64,000 nucleotides of DNA, taken from the sequence record OL656110.1, one strand, 5' to 3'. The notes below the pieces were generated by a model that saw only the letters and a program-made list of their open reading frames with translations, was not told the origin of the DNA and searched no databases. The DNA is from Escherichia phage vB_EcoM-RPN242. Positions 45,261 to 54,705 of the stretch are shown here, piece by piece; positions within the stretch are counted from its first letter, which is position 1, and the number at the start of each line of letters is the position of its first letter. Made by a program: the position numbers and the translations under genes.

Positions 45261-46871
45261 ATGTTAGACAATATGAGATGGTTTTACGGCACCGTTGAAG
45301 ATGTCAACGATCCAGACCAAAATGGGCGAGTTGCTGTTCGCATATATGGCGTACACACCGACGATCCCGTCCTCCTGCCTACGGACAAACTCCCATGGGC
45401 GAAGGTACTGATGCCTGCTTCAAATGCCTCCTCTGCTGGTTTAGGTTGGTCTCCAACGGGTATCATTCCTGGTACTGAGGTTATGGGGTTCGCCCTTGAC
45501 GAAGCATACCAGAATTTACGCATCACCTGGACTTGGACTGGTTCAAGCCCTACTGATGGTGCCGACACAAACCCACTGGCTCTCGGGCAGGTCGTTCAAT
45601 CTGTAGAACGTCAGGCGTACAACGCTGTCACTGACGTTCCTGTGAAACAAGAAGACGAACCACAACCAGATCCACAACCACCTGTTGGTGGGTATGATCC
45701 AGAGAAGTGGATGACAATCGCTCGTGGCGAATTGGGTATCAAGGAGTACGCCGGAAAGTTCAACAACAACCCGCGCATTATAGAATATCACAAGACAACC
45801 TCCCTTGGTGCTTCTGAAGATGAAGTGTCGTGGTGTGCGGCGTTCGTGGGTTGGGTTATGATACAGGCTGGATACACGTCTACACGCTCCGCTCTTGCCC
45901 GATCTTACCTTACATGGGGCACTCCACTGTCAGCACCACAATATGGCGCTATCGTAGTCTTCCGGCGTGGTAACAACCCTACATTTGGACACGTAGCGTT
46001 TGTGCAGAAGTTCGATGCAAACTATGTCTGGTGTATTGGTGGCAACCAATCCGATTCAGTGAAGGTCAGTCGTTTCAGACGTTCTTCGGTCTTGGGATAT
46101 CGTTGGCCTGGTCCTGCTAACACAGCCACAGCCGCGCCTGCGCAGCAGAATGGTAAATGGTCAGAACCTATCCCAGATCGTACTCCAAAGGAACAACCGA
46201 CTCCGGCTCCTACTGGGCGAGTACAGGATATTGACAACACTGGAGAGACCATGGTTCCGGCTGCGGGTGGCTCCAAATACCCGTACAATAACGTCATGGT
46301 GTCCCGAGCTGGGCATATTATGGAAGTGGATGACACCCCTGGTGGTGAACGTCTTCACTGGATGCATAAGTCTGGGTCTTACAAGCAAATGTTGCCGGAT
46401 GGTGATGTGGTCAACAAGTCCGTCAAAGACCACTATGACCTGACGATGTTCAACAAGCGTTATTATGTCGGCGGGGACCACAACCTGACGGTCAAAGGAA
46501 CTGAAGTTCAGCGCAAGACAGGTGAGGTCTATCATTTGCATTCCAACAACTACTCAAATGTGGTTGCGGGCACAGCGCTGATGAAATTCAGTGACCTAGC
46601 GGAAATGCAAGCGCAGAATATTCTGCGCATTATCTGCGAGACTCTGGAGGTCGGTGGGACATTGAAGGTTCCTAAGATTCTAACGACTGAGATAATCGCT
46701 GACAAACTGACTGTCGCTCAGACGATCAATGGTAACATCATATATGCCGAAGGTGCTGGTCGCGCTTCTTCTCTGTCAGGTGCAACCCCTGCATCCCCTA
46801 CGGGTCCGGGTGAGATTGACATCAAGGCAGAATTAAAAGACAATGGTGGTAATTTCGGCACCAAAGAGTAA
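45261..46871 (+). CDS. baseplate central spike protein (gp5-like) with CHAP-type cell-wall hydrolase domain
   Basis: N-terminal RWFYGTVEDVNDPDQNGRVAVRIYGVHTDD (gp5/VgrG-like OB domain); central SWCAAFVGWV ... GHVAFV (CHAP-like Cys/His); C-terminal repetitive region. Confidence 0.65.
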   Translation: MLDNMRWFYGTVEDVNDPDQNGRVAVRIYGVHTDDPVLLPTDKLPWAKVLMPASNASSAGLGWSPTGIIPGTEVMGFALDEAYQNLRITWTWTGSSPTDGADTNPLALGQVVQSVERQAYNAVTDVPVKQEDEPQPDPQPPVGGYDPEKWMTIARGELGIKEYAGKFNNNPRIIEYHKTTSLGASEDEVSWCAAFVGWVMIQAGYTSTRSALARSYLTWGTPLSAPQYGAIVVFRRGNNPTFGHVAFVQKFDANYVWCIGGNQSDSVKVSRFRRSSVLGYRWPGPANTATAAPAQQNGKWSEPIPDRTPKEQPTPAPTGRVQDIDNTGETMVPAAGGSKYPYNNVMVSRAGHIMEVDDTPGGERLHWMHKSGSYKQMLPDGDVVNKSVKDHYDLTMFNKRYYVGGDHNLTVKGTEVQRKTGEVYHLHSNNYSNVVAGTALMKFSDLAEMQAQNILRIICETLEVGGTLKVPKILTTEIIADKLTVAQTINGNIIYAEGAGRASSLSGATPASPTGPGEIDIKAELKDNGGNFGTKE

Positions 46872-46944
46872 GTTGGTATAAGTTTAGTGGCAGAGGGACA
46901 GCACGTCTCTCTGCTCCTTATAGGCATCCTGAGAGGATCGCGAA

Positions 46945-47325
46945 ATGAAAGAGTATAAAGATGTCGATCTGAAGTTCGGCATGCATCCAGTGACCAAAGA
47001 TGTCACCATGAAATCAGGCGTATACGCTGTCTTGCAATCTGTGCGGAATATCGTCATGTCTTCAGTCGGGGACTGGCCCACTTATCCTGGGATCGGCGCG
47101 GGGCTTTATGGGTTGCTGGGTGAAAACACGACACCGACTATCCAGGTAGATGTGAAGAACAAAGTAGAGGACGCCATCGCCCTGTATGAACCCAGAGCAG
47201 AGGTAGAAGAAGTCACGGTGAGTCTGTCAGAGGATTACCATTCTCTGGGCGTGACCATCACATTCTATGTGGTCAACAATCCAGATCCAATAACAGACAC
47301 CGTGTGGTTGAAAAGGACGAATTAG
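46945..47325 (+). CDS. 25: baseplate wedge protein (gp25/GPW-like)
   Basis: AVLQSVRNIVMSSVGDWPTYPGIGAGLYGLLGEN matches gp25/GPW family signature. Confidence 0.7.
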   Translation: MKEYKDVDLKFGMHPVTKDVTMKSGVYAVLQSVRNIVMSSVGDWPTYPGIGAGLYGLLGENTTPTIQVDVKNKVEDAIALYEPRAEVEEVTVSLSEDYHSLGVTITFYVVNNPDPITDTVWLKRTN

Positions 47326-47672
47326 AATTTCGTCCTGAATGCCGGAGCCACGACTAACATGAAGTGGCTCAATAACCTGAACATCTCTTTACCGTTGAAT
47401 TGGTAGAGGATAATCATCGGCCTGACGTCAACCACTGATCCCTCCAGCTTCTTGTTCAACACAAATCTGGAACCCACACTGACCTGTCCGCGCTCTTCGT
47501 CTCCTGGTTTGTCGTAGACCACGCAACTGGTGGCATAACCGATCTGAGATCCATCCTCAGACCGCAAGGGCAGCATATGCCCTTCAGACATCAGATGATG
47601 CAGGTTTTGGTATAAACCTTTGTCTGGTATGGGGACTGCCAGCTGCATTCTCAACTCTTTGTAATCTTGCAT
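47322..47672 (-). CDS. hypothetical protein
   Basis: 116-aa ORF; stop codon overlaps gp25 stop on opposite strand. Confidence 0.45.
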   Translation of the reverse strand: MQDYKELRMQLAVPIPDKGLYQNLHHLMSEGHMLPLRSEDGSQIGYATSCVVYDKPGDEERGQVSVGSRFVLNKKLEGSVVDVRPMIILYQFNGKEMFRLLSHFMLVVAPAFRTKF

Positions 47673-47677
47673 GAGGA

Positions 47678-48139
47678 CTACTCCGCCAGGGTGATCACAA
47701 CCATATTTAAGACTGTGTCGATAGCTCGGCCTGTTTCCTCTTCATGGAGGGTTTCGGCGCGGAGGTGCACGTCGGTGATGAAATTGTCGATGTGCATTGA
47801 AGTCAGATACGGGCGGTGTTGACTGACCGGGCGGTTGACCAGAACATAATTGCGCAATGTGTTGAAGTCCTGATGAGAGCACCCCGTTGTATCGATACGA
47901 AGGAAGCGTTCGTTGTGGCTTGTCTTCAGTTCAGTTACCTTGCCGAGGTAGACCAGAGGTCCATTGCGACCGATACGGAACATAACATCAACAACAGACT
48001 TGAAGATTTCGCGTTCAATTAGTGCGGTGGGTGACCAGCAGATCTCTTCTTTGTCATCGGCGTACAGGGTGTCGATCACCAGAGGGAGTTGAATGTAACC
48101 GAAGTTGTGCATTGGGTTGGTGAGTACTTTGTTTGTCAT
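47678..48139 (-). CDS. hypothetical protein
   Basis: 153-aa ORF; 16-nt leader GGAACTATATCATGAC shared with ORF 60916-61251. Confidence 0.45.
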   Translation of the reverse strand: MTNKVLTNPMHNFGYIQLPLVIDTLYADDKEEICWSPTALIEREIFKSVVDVMFRIGRNGPLVYLGKVTELKTSHNERFLRIDTTGCSHQDFNTLRNYVLVNRPVSQHRPYLTSMHIDNFITDVHLRAETLHEEETGRAIDTVLNMVVITLAE

Positions 48140-48150
48140 GATATAGTTCC
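48135..48150 (-). repeat. 16-nt start-region motif GGAACTATATCATGAC (copy 1)
   Basis: identical 16-mer at 61247-61262; related leaders at 55194 and 7358. Confidence 0.5.
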
Positions 48151-48210
48151 CGCTTTCAATTTGTGGCGAATGCCAATGAATTACTGGGAAGTATAAGCGC
48201 AGGGATTATA

Positions 48211-48237
48211 GAAGTAAAGCCCCTCAATGAGGGGCTT
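48211..48237 (-). terminator. rho-independent terminator after nrdH
   Basis: 9-bp stem AAGCCCCTC/GAGGGGCTT with AAT loop, 8 nt after nrdH stop. Confidence 0.55.
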
Positions 48238-48244
48238 TGGCTTG

Positions 48245-48469
48245 TCAGCGTTTAAGGCTGGCGGCGAGTCCATTAACGTCGGTCACGGTCTGGTCAGCGA
48301 GGACGATTACAGGCATCGACACGCGCGGCTTACCCGTCAACTGCTGAAGTTCTTCCAGCCGGTAATCTTTGTCCAGCTTGAGGATCTTGTGTTCCAGCCC
48401 TTTCATTTTGCACAGATTTTCGGCTGTTACACACTGAGCGCAACCTTGTTTGGAATAGATCGTAATCAT
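48245..48469 (-). CDS. nrdH: NrdH-like glutaredoxin
   Basis: 74 aa; N-terminal redox motif CAQC after beta strand ITIYSK. Confidence 0.7.
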   Translation of the reverse strand: MITIYSKQGCAQCVTAENLCKMKGLEHKILKLDKDYRLEELQQLTGKPRVSMPVIVLADQTVTDVNGLAASLKR

Positions 48470-48478
48470 TTCTCACCT

Positions 48479-49582
48479 TTAAGCGAATTTGAGGCCATCG
48501 GATACCGAACCAGTCAGTACACCCATCAGATAATCAGGAGCTTCCGCTTCCTGCAACGCGTACTGCATTGCCTTATTATCTAGCCAGTCATTAATCCATG
48601 GGACTGGGTTCTCCTTGCGAGGTTCACCGGGATATGGATGCCCGATAGCGCCCATTCGGTGGGTTGCCAGCCAGTCTACCATCTGATGAAGGATCTTGGC
48701 GTTCAGCCCCAGGATGGAACCGTCTTTGAATAGGTAGTTCGCCCACTCCTTCTCCTGATGGACCACGTCCAGGAACATCTGGGTCATCTCACCACGCAGT
48801 TCCTCACGGATGATTGCAAAGTCGGGGTCCATACCAGGCAGGCGGTTTAGCAGCGTCTGGGTCAGGATCAGGTGATCCTGCTCATCACGGGCGATCTGTC
48901 GAATGATTTTGGCATTGCCTTCCATCTTCTTCTGGAACTGTGTGAATGCCCAAGAGCATGCAAAGGACACGTAGAAGCGAATGCCTTCCAGTGTGTTGGC
49001 AGCAAACAGAGCACGCCAGAATGCGCGTTTGGCATTCATCAGATCTTCTCGGGTGAAGATGCGTCCGGCCATACGCATGCCACTGTACTGTACCATGTCA
49101 TCGTAGTACACACTGATCTGGTGAGCGCAGTCCACGATCTCTACAACATCCAGTACGTGGTCAAACACGATACCTGGATCGTTCACAGTATTGCGCAAAA
49201 TGTGGGTGTACGATAAAGAGTGAATGGCTTCCTGACGCGTCCATTCAAGGACAGCAAACTGCATTTCAGGGGTAGACGCCCACGGACCAAACGCCTCGAA
49301 CGGAGCCGCACCCTGGATAGAGTCCAGCATGGTCTGGCGCTTCAGGTTGCTGAAGTAGACATGTTTCTCTGCTTCGTTCAGAGTAGCGAAGTCTGCCTTG
49401 TCCTTGGTGATGTCCACCTCTTCAGGACGCCAGAACTGACTGAGACCTTTCTCATACCACTTCTGTACGAATGGCCAGGCCACGACATCGTAACGCTGGA
49501 TGCTCACTGGGTCGCCGAAGAACGGTAGACCAGTGTTGTCCGAGCTTGGGTCGAATACGGAGAATTGTTTCTGTTCGCTCAT
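48479..49582 (-). CDS. nrdB: ribonucleotide reductase small subunit
   Basis: di-iron/tyrosyl radical protein features; ATG 49582; downstream of nrdA. Confidence 0.9.
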   Translation of the reverse strand: MSEQKQFSVFDPSSDNTGLPFFGDPVSIQRYDVVAWPFVQKWYEKGLSQFWRPEEVDITKDKADFATLNEAEKHVYFSNLKRQTMLDSIQGAAPFEAFGPWASTPEMQFAVLEWTRQEAIHSLSYTHILRNTVNDPGIVFDHVLDVVEIVDCAHQISVYYDDMVQYSGMRMAGRIFTREDLMNAKRAFWRALFAANTLEGIRFYVSFACSWAFTQFQKKMEGNAKIIRQIARDEQDHLILTQTLLNRLPGMDPDFAIIREELRGEMTQMFLDVVHQEKEWANYLFKDGSILGLNAKILHQMVDWLATHRMGAIGHPYPGEPRKENPVPWINDWLDNKAMQYALQEAEAPDYLMGVLTGSVSDGLKFA

Positions 49583-49583
49583 G

Positions 49584-49877
49584 TTATGCCTTGCCTTCGT
49601 GGAGTTTGATCTGTTCAGTGGTGATGTAATTCTTGATGTTAACAACAAAATCCTGGCGTTTGTCTGCAGGTAATTTGCTGAGGTCTAGAAGGATGTGAGT
49701 ACGGTTCACAGTATCCATTGGATCCGTGTAATTCAACGGGATAGCCGTGACTTCGCCGCCGTTGTGCCAAGCAGTGGCCACCTTCACGTTGCGGAGAACA
49801 TTCTCCGCTTCCATTTTGCTGTTGTGTTCGAGCAAGATACCTGGTTGGCCAGGGACTAACAATAACGTTTGGAACAT
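49584..49877 (-). CDS. hypothetical protein between nrdA and nrdB
   Basis: 97-aa ORF; ATG 49877 with SD AGGAG. Confidence 0.4.
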   Translation of the reverse strand: MFQTLLLVPGQPGILLEHNSKMEAENVLRNVKVATAWHNGGEVTAIPLNYTDPMDTVNRTHILLDLSKLPADKRQDFVVNIKNYITTEQIKLHEGKA

Positions 49878-49946
49878 ATAGAACTCCTGATGAATAGGGG
49901 TGATCTCTCACCCCTGATGATATAACGGTAGTAGGTTTAGACCAAT

Positions 49947-52229
49947 TTATACAACACAGCTGTCGCACTGAGTTTCCTCAGCCTGTTTCAGCTCTTCGTC
50001 TTCCTTGGCGTCCTTGTTTGTGTTGTAATACAGAGTCTTGCCACCCCACATATAGAACGACAGGATATCCTGCATCATCTTGGCGCGAGGGATCTTGCTG
50101 TCAGGGTACTTCTCTGGGTCATACCACGTGTTGGTACTGATGGACTGGTCAACCCAGCGCTGGATGACAGCAGCGGTCTTCAGGTACTCAATACAGTCCA
50201 GGTCCCACTTGAGGTCATACATCGGTCCAAGGGTCTCAACGTCCGGGACGACCTGCTTATAAGTGCCGTCCTTGCTACCCTTGATGCTCACCAAGCCCTT
50301 CGGTGGCTCAATGCCGTTCGTTGCGTTGAGGACCTGTGAGGAGCTTTCGGTAGGGGCTACTGCCAGCAGGGTGGCGTTTCGGATACCATAGGTCTTCAGA
50401 TTATCCTTCAACCCATCCCAATCCAGCCCGTATGCCATCCCTTCTGGCTTCTTGCCATTTGGTAGGATATCAAGTGGAAGCGGCTGAAGGTCGGCGGTGA
50501 CCTGCCCATTATTGTGGATGGTTCCGCGTTTACACGCCCCGAACTTCATAGCCAGACGGTTGGACGCCTTGACCAGATAGAAGTGCAGGTGTGCCATCCA
50601 CGCATCCAGCATTTCAAGACCAGCTGGTGAGCCATAGCCCGTGAAGTTCTTGGCCAAGAAGTGAGCCACATTCACGATACCAACACCCAGAGGACGATAG
50701 TCTTCAACAGCTTTACGAGCCTGAATCGCTGGATAGTCCTGATATTCCAACAGCATGTCCAGCGCAGACACCAACACGAACGCCACGTCTTCCATTTCCG
50801 TAGGATCTTCGAACGCTGTCAGGTTGAAGGAAGCCAGGGTGCACAGAGCCACGCGCCCGTTTTCATCGTTGTACTGCTCAAACTCACGGGTCGGCAGGGC
50901 GATTTCTAAACAAAGATTTGAAGAATAAATCGTGTCTAGGTTGAATGGACTGTACTCATTCATGTGATCGACAAACGCGATGTAGATGCGGCCTGTGTCT
51001 GAACGCTGGTCTAACAGCATCTGGAACACCTCTTCTGCCTGCAACTTTTTAGCACGAACCAAACCAGCATCGGCGGCCTTGATCATGTTCTCATACAGAG
51101 TACGGAACTTGTCAACGTCAGCGAAGTATGCTTCATACATTTCGCGGTTGTCTTTCGGGTCGAACAGATACAGAGGCTGCTTGGCAACCAGGCGCTCAAA
51201 CATCACGCGGTTGATCTGAATGCCATAGTCGATACGGCGTTCGCGGTTTTCTTCAGTACCACGGTTGTTCTTCAGAACAACAACGTCATCGAACTGGTAA
51301 TGCCACAGAGGGATGTACGCTGTTGCTGCACCACCACGAATGCCGCCCTGAGAGCAAGATTTGAGTGCCCCAGTGAGATACTTGATGAATGGGATCAGGC
51401 CTGTGTGAACCATCTCTCCGCCGCGAATAGGACTACCAATCCCACGGATTGCCCCGACATCGAAGCCGATACCCGCACGTTTGGACACATAGTCAACGAT
51501 GGTCTTGGCTGTTGCGTTGATAGAGTTCAGGGTGTCATCAGTCTTGATTAACACACAGGAACTGAACTGACGGGTAGGAGTACGAACACCTGCCATAATC
51601 GGGGTGGGAAGACTGAACTTGCCTGTGCTGGCATATTCATAGAACTTTTTCACCATCTCCAGGCGGCTGGCTTTGTCCCAGTTAGAGAACAACGCCATGG
51701 CGATGCCCATGTACATGACCTGAGGGGTTTCGTAGAAGATCTTGCTGTCTTTCTTGGAACGGTCGCGCAACAGGTACTTCTCAGTCAGCTGACCCATGGC
51801 CGCCCACGTGAAGTTCTTATCGCGTTTGTGATTGATGACATCGTTCAGCTCGTTGAACTCTTCGGTCGTGTAGAGATCAAGGAACTCACGATCATACACG
51901 CGCTGTTTGATGTTCTTGACGAAGATGTCCAGCAGGTGAGGCGGCTTGTACTGACCGTAGACAGCCTTGCGCAGATCATACGACTTCAGACGAGCAGCCA
52001 CATACTGGTAATTGGGTTTGTCTACAGAGATCAGTGAAGCCGCAGCCTGGATGAGGATATCCTGAATGCGATCTGTTCTCATGTTGTCGGTGAACTGAAT
52101 CTTCGATGCAGCGATCACCTCTGACATTGACACACCAGACAGGCCATCACAGGCGCGGTCTACGACTGCGTGTAGTTTCTCAATATCAAATGGGACAGAA
52201 GATCCGTCACGTTTTATAACGTTAATCAT
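49947..52229 (-). CDS. nrdA: ribonucleotide reductase large subunit (class Ia)
   Basis: 760 aa; N-terminal ATP-cone (VIKRDGSSVPFDIEKL), catalytic-domain Cys motifs; SD GAGGA. Confidence 0.9.
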   Translation of the reverse strand: MINVIKRDGSSVPFDIEKLHAVVDRACDGLSGVSMSEVIAASKIQFTDNMRTDRIQDILIQAAASLISVDKPNYQYVAARLKSYDLRKAVYGQYKPPHLLDIFVKNIKQRVYDREFLDLYTTEEFNELNDVINHKRDKNFTWAAMGQLTEKYLLRDRSKKDSKIFYETPQVMYMGIAMALFSNWDKASRLEMVKKFYEYASTGKFSLPTPIMAGVRTPTRQFSSCVLIKTDDTLNSINATAKTIVDYVSKRAGIGFDVGAIRGIGSPIRGGEMVHTGLIPFIKYLTGALKSCSQGGIRGGAATAYIPLWHYQFDDVVVLKNNRGTEENRERRIDYGIQINRVMFERLVAKQPLYLFDPKDNREMYEAYFADVDKFRTLYENMIKAADAGLVRAKKLQAEEVFQMLLDQRSDTGRIYIAFVDHMNEYSPFNLDTIYSSNLCLEIALPTREFEQYNDENGRVALCTLASFNLTAFEDPTEMEDVAFVLVSALDMLLEYQDYPAIQARKAVEDYRPLGVGIVNVAHFLAKNFTGYGSPAGLEMLDAWMAHLHFYLVKASNRLAMKFGACKRGTIHNNGQVTADLQPLPLDILPNGKKPEGMAYGLDWDGLKDNLKTYGIRNATLLAVAPTESSSQVLNATNGIEPPKGLVSIKGSKDGTYKQVVPDVETLGPMYDLKWDLDCIEYLKTAAVIQRWVDQSISTNTWYDPEKYPDSKIPRAKMMQDILSFYMWGGKTLYYNTNKDAKEDEELKQAEETQCDSCVV

Positions 52230-52312
52230 GGTGTTCCTCGGGTTTGTTTACGCAGGTTTTATTATACGCCGCCATCGTAGATTGAAGGCGGCAGGGAGGG
52301 TTGGCGAGTTAC

Positions 52313-53155
52313 TTAAATGTCATACAGATCGTTGACTTCCAGCATCAGGCGGGTGAAGTCGCCGCGCCCGTTGCGGTCAGACTTGTCGAACTCGATGATA
52401 CTGAACGGCTGAACCCATTCAGGGTACTCATCACCGACGCCAACACCATCGATCTTCAGGGTTCCGGCCTCCAACTTGGCGTTGAAGTCGCGGAAGGAAC
52501 TGACGTACTTTTCAAGGGCGCTGTCGCGCAGGCGCTTGTTGGACTGTTTGATGTCACCGTTGACGAAGATGTAAGTCGAGTCGGATGCGCGGGTCAGTAG
52601 GTTCTTCAGCTGCTCCATATCACATTCCTGCGCTTCTTCAATGATCAGGAAGGTGTCGTCGAAGGTCATCCCCTTGATGGTCTCCAGATCCTGGATCTCA
52701 ATAATCCGCTTCTCCCACAGATAGTTGAAGAAACCGTCGCTACCTGTGTCGGTCTTCAGCACCTTCTTCAGCGTCTGAATCAGGGGCATCAGATATGGCA
52801 TCAGCTTTTCGTATGTGTCGCCAGGACGGAAGCCTGCAGTCTGGCCTGTTGGCAGCGGAGAGCGCGTGATGACGATCTTACTGACCACTTTATCGATCAG
52901 GAGCTTGGCGGCGGCTGAGGCACCACAATACGATTTACCTGTGCCTGCCGGGCCGATTGCGATGGTGAGGTTTTCTTCAAGAGCAGATTGATACGCGAGG
53001 TTCTGATTTTCTGAGAGGCCATTGAACGGAGCGATTCTGAAGTCACCTTTAGAGAACTTCATCCAGTCATCTTCTTTCTGGATTGTCTCTTTCTTACGTG
53101 CTGACTTGGTCTTGCCCGCTGGCTTCTTACTTACAACTTTGGTGGCAGATTGCAT
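52313..53155 (-). CDS. phoH: PhoH-like ATPase
   Basis: Walker A GPAGTGKS and PhoH-family C-terminal region; SD AGGAAGG. Confidence 0.85.
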   Translation of the reverse strand: MQSATKVVSKKPAGKTKSARKKETIQKEDDWMKFSKGDFRIAPFNGLSENQNLAYQSALEENLTIAIGPAGTGKSYCGASAAAKLLIDKVVSKIVITRSPLPTGQTAGFRPGDTYEKLMPYLMPLIQTLKKVLKTDTGSDGFFNYLWEKRIIEIQDLETIKGMTFDDTFLIIEEAQECDMEQLKNLLTRASDSTYIFVNGDIKQSNKRLRDSALEKYVSSFRDFNAKLEAGTLKIDGVGVGDEYPEWVQPFSIIEFDKSDRNGRGDFTRLMLEVNDLYDI

Positions 53156-53228
53156 GGGAACCTTCCTATATCTCAGGGTGTCATCACCTCTAATTAAGGT
53201 GACAACCCCAGCATACCTGAGGATTGGA

Positions 53229-53254
53229 TAAAGAAAAGGCCGTTTCCGGCCTTT
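53229..53254 (-). terminator. rho-independent terminator after endolysin gene
   Basis: 7-bp stem AAGGCCG/CGGCCTT with TTTC loop; U-rich TTTCTTTA on minus strand; 4 nt after endolysin stop. Confidence 0.6.
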
Positions 53255-53257
53255 GAG

Positions 53258-54052
53258 TTAACTGAAACTCTTGTATGCTGCTGCGAGCTTCGTGTCGTAC
53301 TGGTTCTTGGCATACGCCGGACCATTATAGCGCCGCGCAAACTCAGCCCAGTTCTTGTCCTTCAGAGCCTGCCAGAGCTTGGCGTCAGCCTTGATGAACT
53401 TCACGAATGCCATCAAATGAGCACGTTCTCCTGTCAGGAAGTCGTTGAACATCTCCTTGGCGTTGGCATATCCACAGACCTGGCAGTTGAATCCCATGAT
53501 CTGGAAGAGACCGTAAGAGGCGCTCTCGTACGCACAATCCTCATCAATGTTGATGGCCGCATGAAGTCGATCCAACTCCGCGTCGCCGCCCGTGTACCCG
53601 CCTGCAGAAGGGTTGACCAACGTCGGGTACATATGTCCCATGGCATTCGCCCGAGCCTGTCCGAACTTCGCCATCAGCTTTTTATACATGATGTGGCGCT
53701 CAAATAATGTCTTGATCTTACCTGACTTGGTGAAGCCCGTGCCGCGCGACTCAACCTGATTCACCGCCTTGACAGAGGCAAGGTCAACACCCAGATCGTT
53801 AGCAGCATCAATCAGGTCTGACTCAGTTAGATGATCCTGATGGGCGTCTCCGGCGTTGCGAATAGCATAGGAGGTCTTTGGACCCACGATACCATCAATG
53901 ACAAGCCCCGCACCCGCCTGAACAGTCTTGACGGCGTTCTCTGTTGCCTTGCCAAAGATACCATCAGCGACGAGGGTGAAGCCGATTTTGTTGAGGCTAT
54001 CCTGAAGTGCCTTCACTTCAGTACCACGGTTGCCAAATTTTAGAATGGCCAT
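53258..54052 (-). CDS. endolysin (N-terminal peptidoglycan-binding domain plus C-terminal muramidase-like domain)
   Basis: ATG 54052 with SD GGAGG; PG-binding-like LKFGNRGTEVKALQDSLNKIGF...DGIFGKATENAVKTVQ; C-terminal VESRGTGF...YGLFQIMG glycosidase-like motifs. Confidence 0.7.
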   Translation of the reverse strand: MAILKFGNRGTEVKALQDSLNKIGFTLVADGIFGKATENAVKTVQAGAGLVIDGIVGPKTSYAIRNAGDAHQDHLTESDLIDAANDLGVDLASVKAVNQVESRGTGFTKSGKIKTLFERHIMYKKLMAKFGQARANAMGHMYPTLVNPSAGGYTGGDAELDRLHAAINIDEDCAYESASYGLFQIMGFNCQVCGYANAKEMFNDFLTGERAHLMAFVKFIKADAKLWQALKDKNWAEFARRYNGPAYAKNQYDTKLAAAYKSFS

Positions 54053-54121
54053 AAGAAAATACCTCCACAATGAATGCAGAGGTATTTAAAGTGAAAGTGA
54101 ACTACTTGAGGGAGTGGTGTA

Positions 54122-54457
54122 CTACATTTCTTTGAGCAGCGTTGCCATAAATTCCACCTTCTGGCGCAAACTGATATACGCTTCCGGAGCCGATTTGCCA
54201 CGCCCTTCTAATGAATCCCACCCGATGATTTTCGCCGACCAAAGTTTCTCATACTGATGGTAGGTCATCAAAAACGACTTACGACACATTTTGATGTCTG
54301 CGCCTTCTATGTTTCTGAGTATTTCCCAGTCCACCTGGCCCAAAGAAATTTTGAGTTCATACAGAGCCAATCTTGACAATTCCAAGTTATTCTTTGGAGT
54401 GCCTTCTGGTTTACCTGGCTCTGTTATGGCCAAAGCCTCTTGTTTTGTTAGTTTCAT
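54122..54457 (-). CDS. hypothetical protein
   Basis: ATG 54457 (aa 68 of track ORF) overlapping upstream small ORF stop. Confidence 0.4.
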   Translation of the reverse strand: MKLTKQEALAITEPGKPEGTPKNNLELSRLALYELKISLGQVDWEILRNIEGADIKMCRKSFLMTYHQYEKLWSAKIIGWDSLEGRGKSAPEAYISLRQKVEFMATLLKEM

Positions 54458-54642
54458 CTTGCTATCACCACTGGCATAACTTCGCTGAAGGACGTACGAA
54501 CTTCGGCGTCGTACCCGTATTTTTCCAGGACTGCCAACATCGCCTGCTCGAGTTCCTCTTGGAACTGAGGGAAGACTTTGTTCGGAATGCGGTCGGCAAC
54601 CCAGAGAGCGCCTGCTGAGGCTTGGATGACTGCGCGGGGCAT
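54454..54642 (-). CDS. hypothetical small protein
   Basis: 62-aa ORF with SD GGAGA. Confidence 0.4.
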   Translation of the reverse strand: MPRAVIQASAGALWVADRIPNKVFPQFQEELEQAMLAVLEKYGYDAEVRTSFSEVMPVVIAR

Positions 54643-54705
54643 GGTAATCTCCTACCAAAAATCTGAATGGGAGGGGAGGTAACTCCCCTTTGTTACACGT
54701 CGGGA

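Noticed and set aside
49947-52229. Group I intron or intein in nrdA/nrdB as in T4
   Set aside because: Both nrd genes are continuous ORFs of normal length with no internal stop-rich insert.
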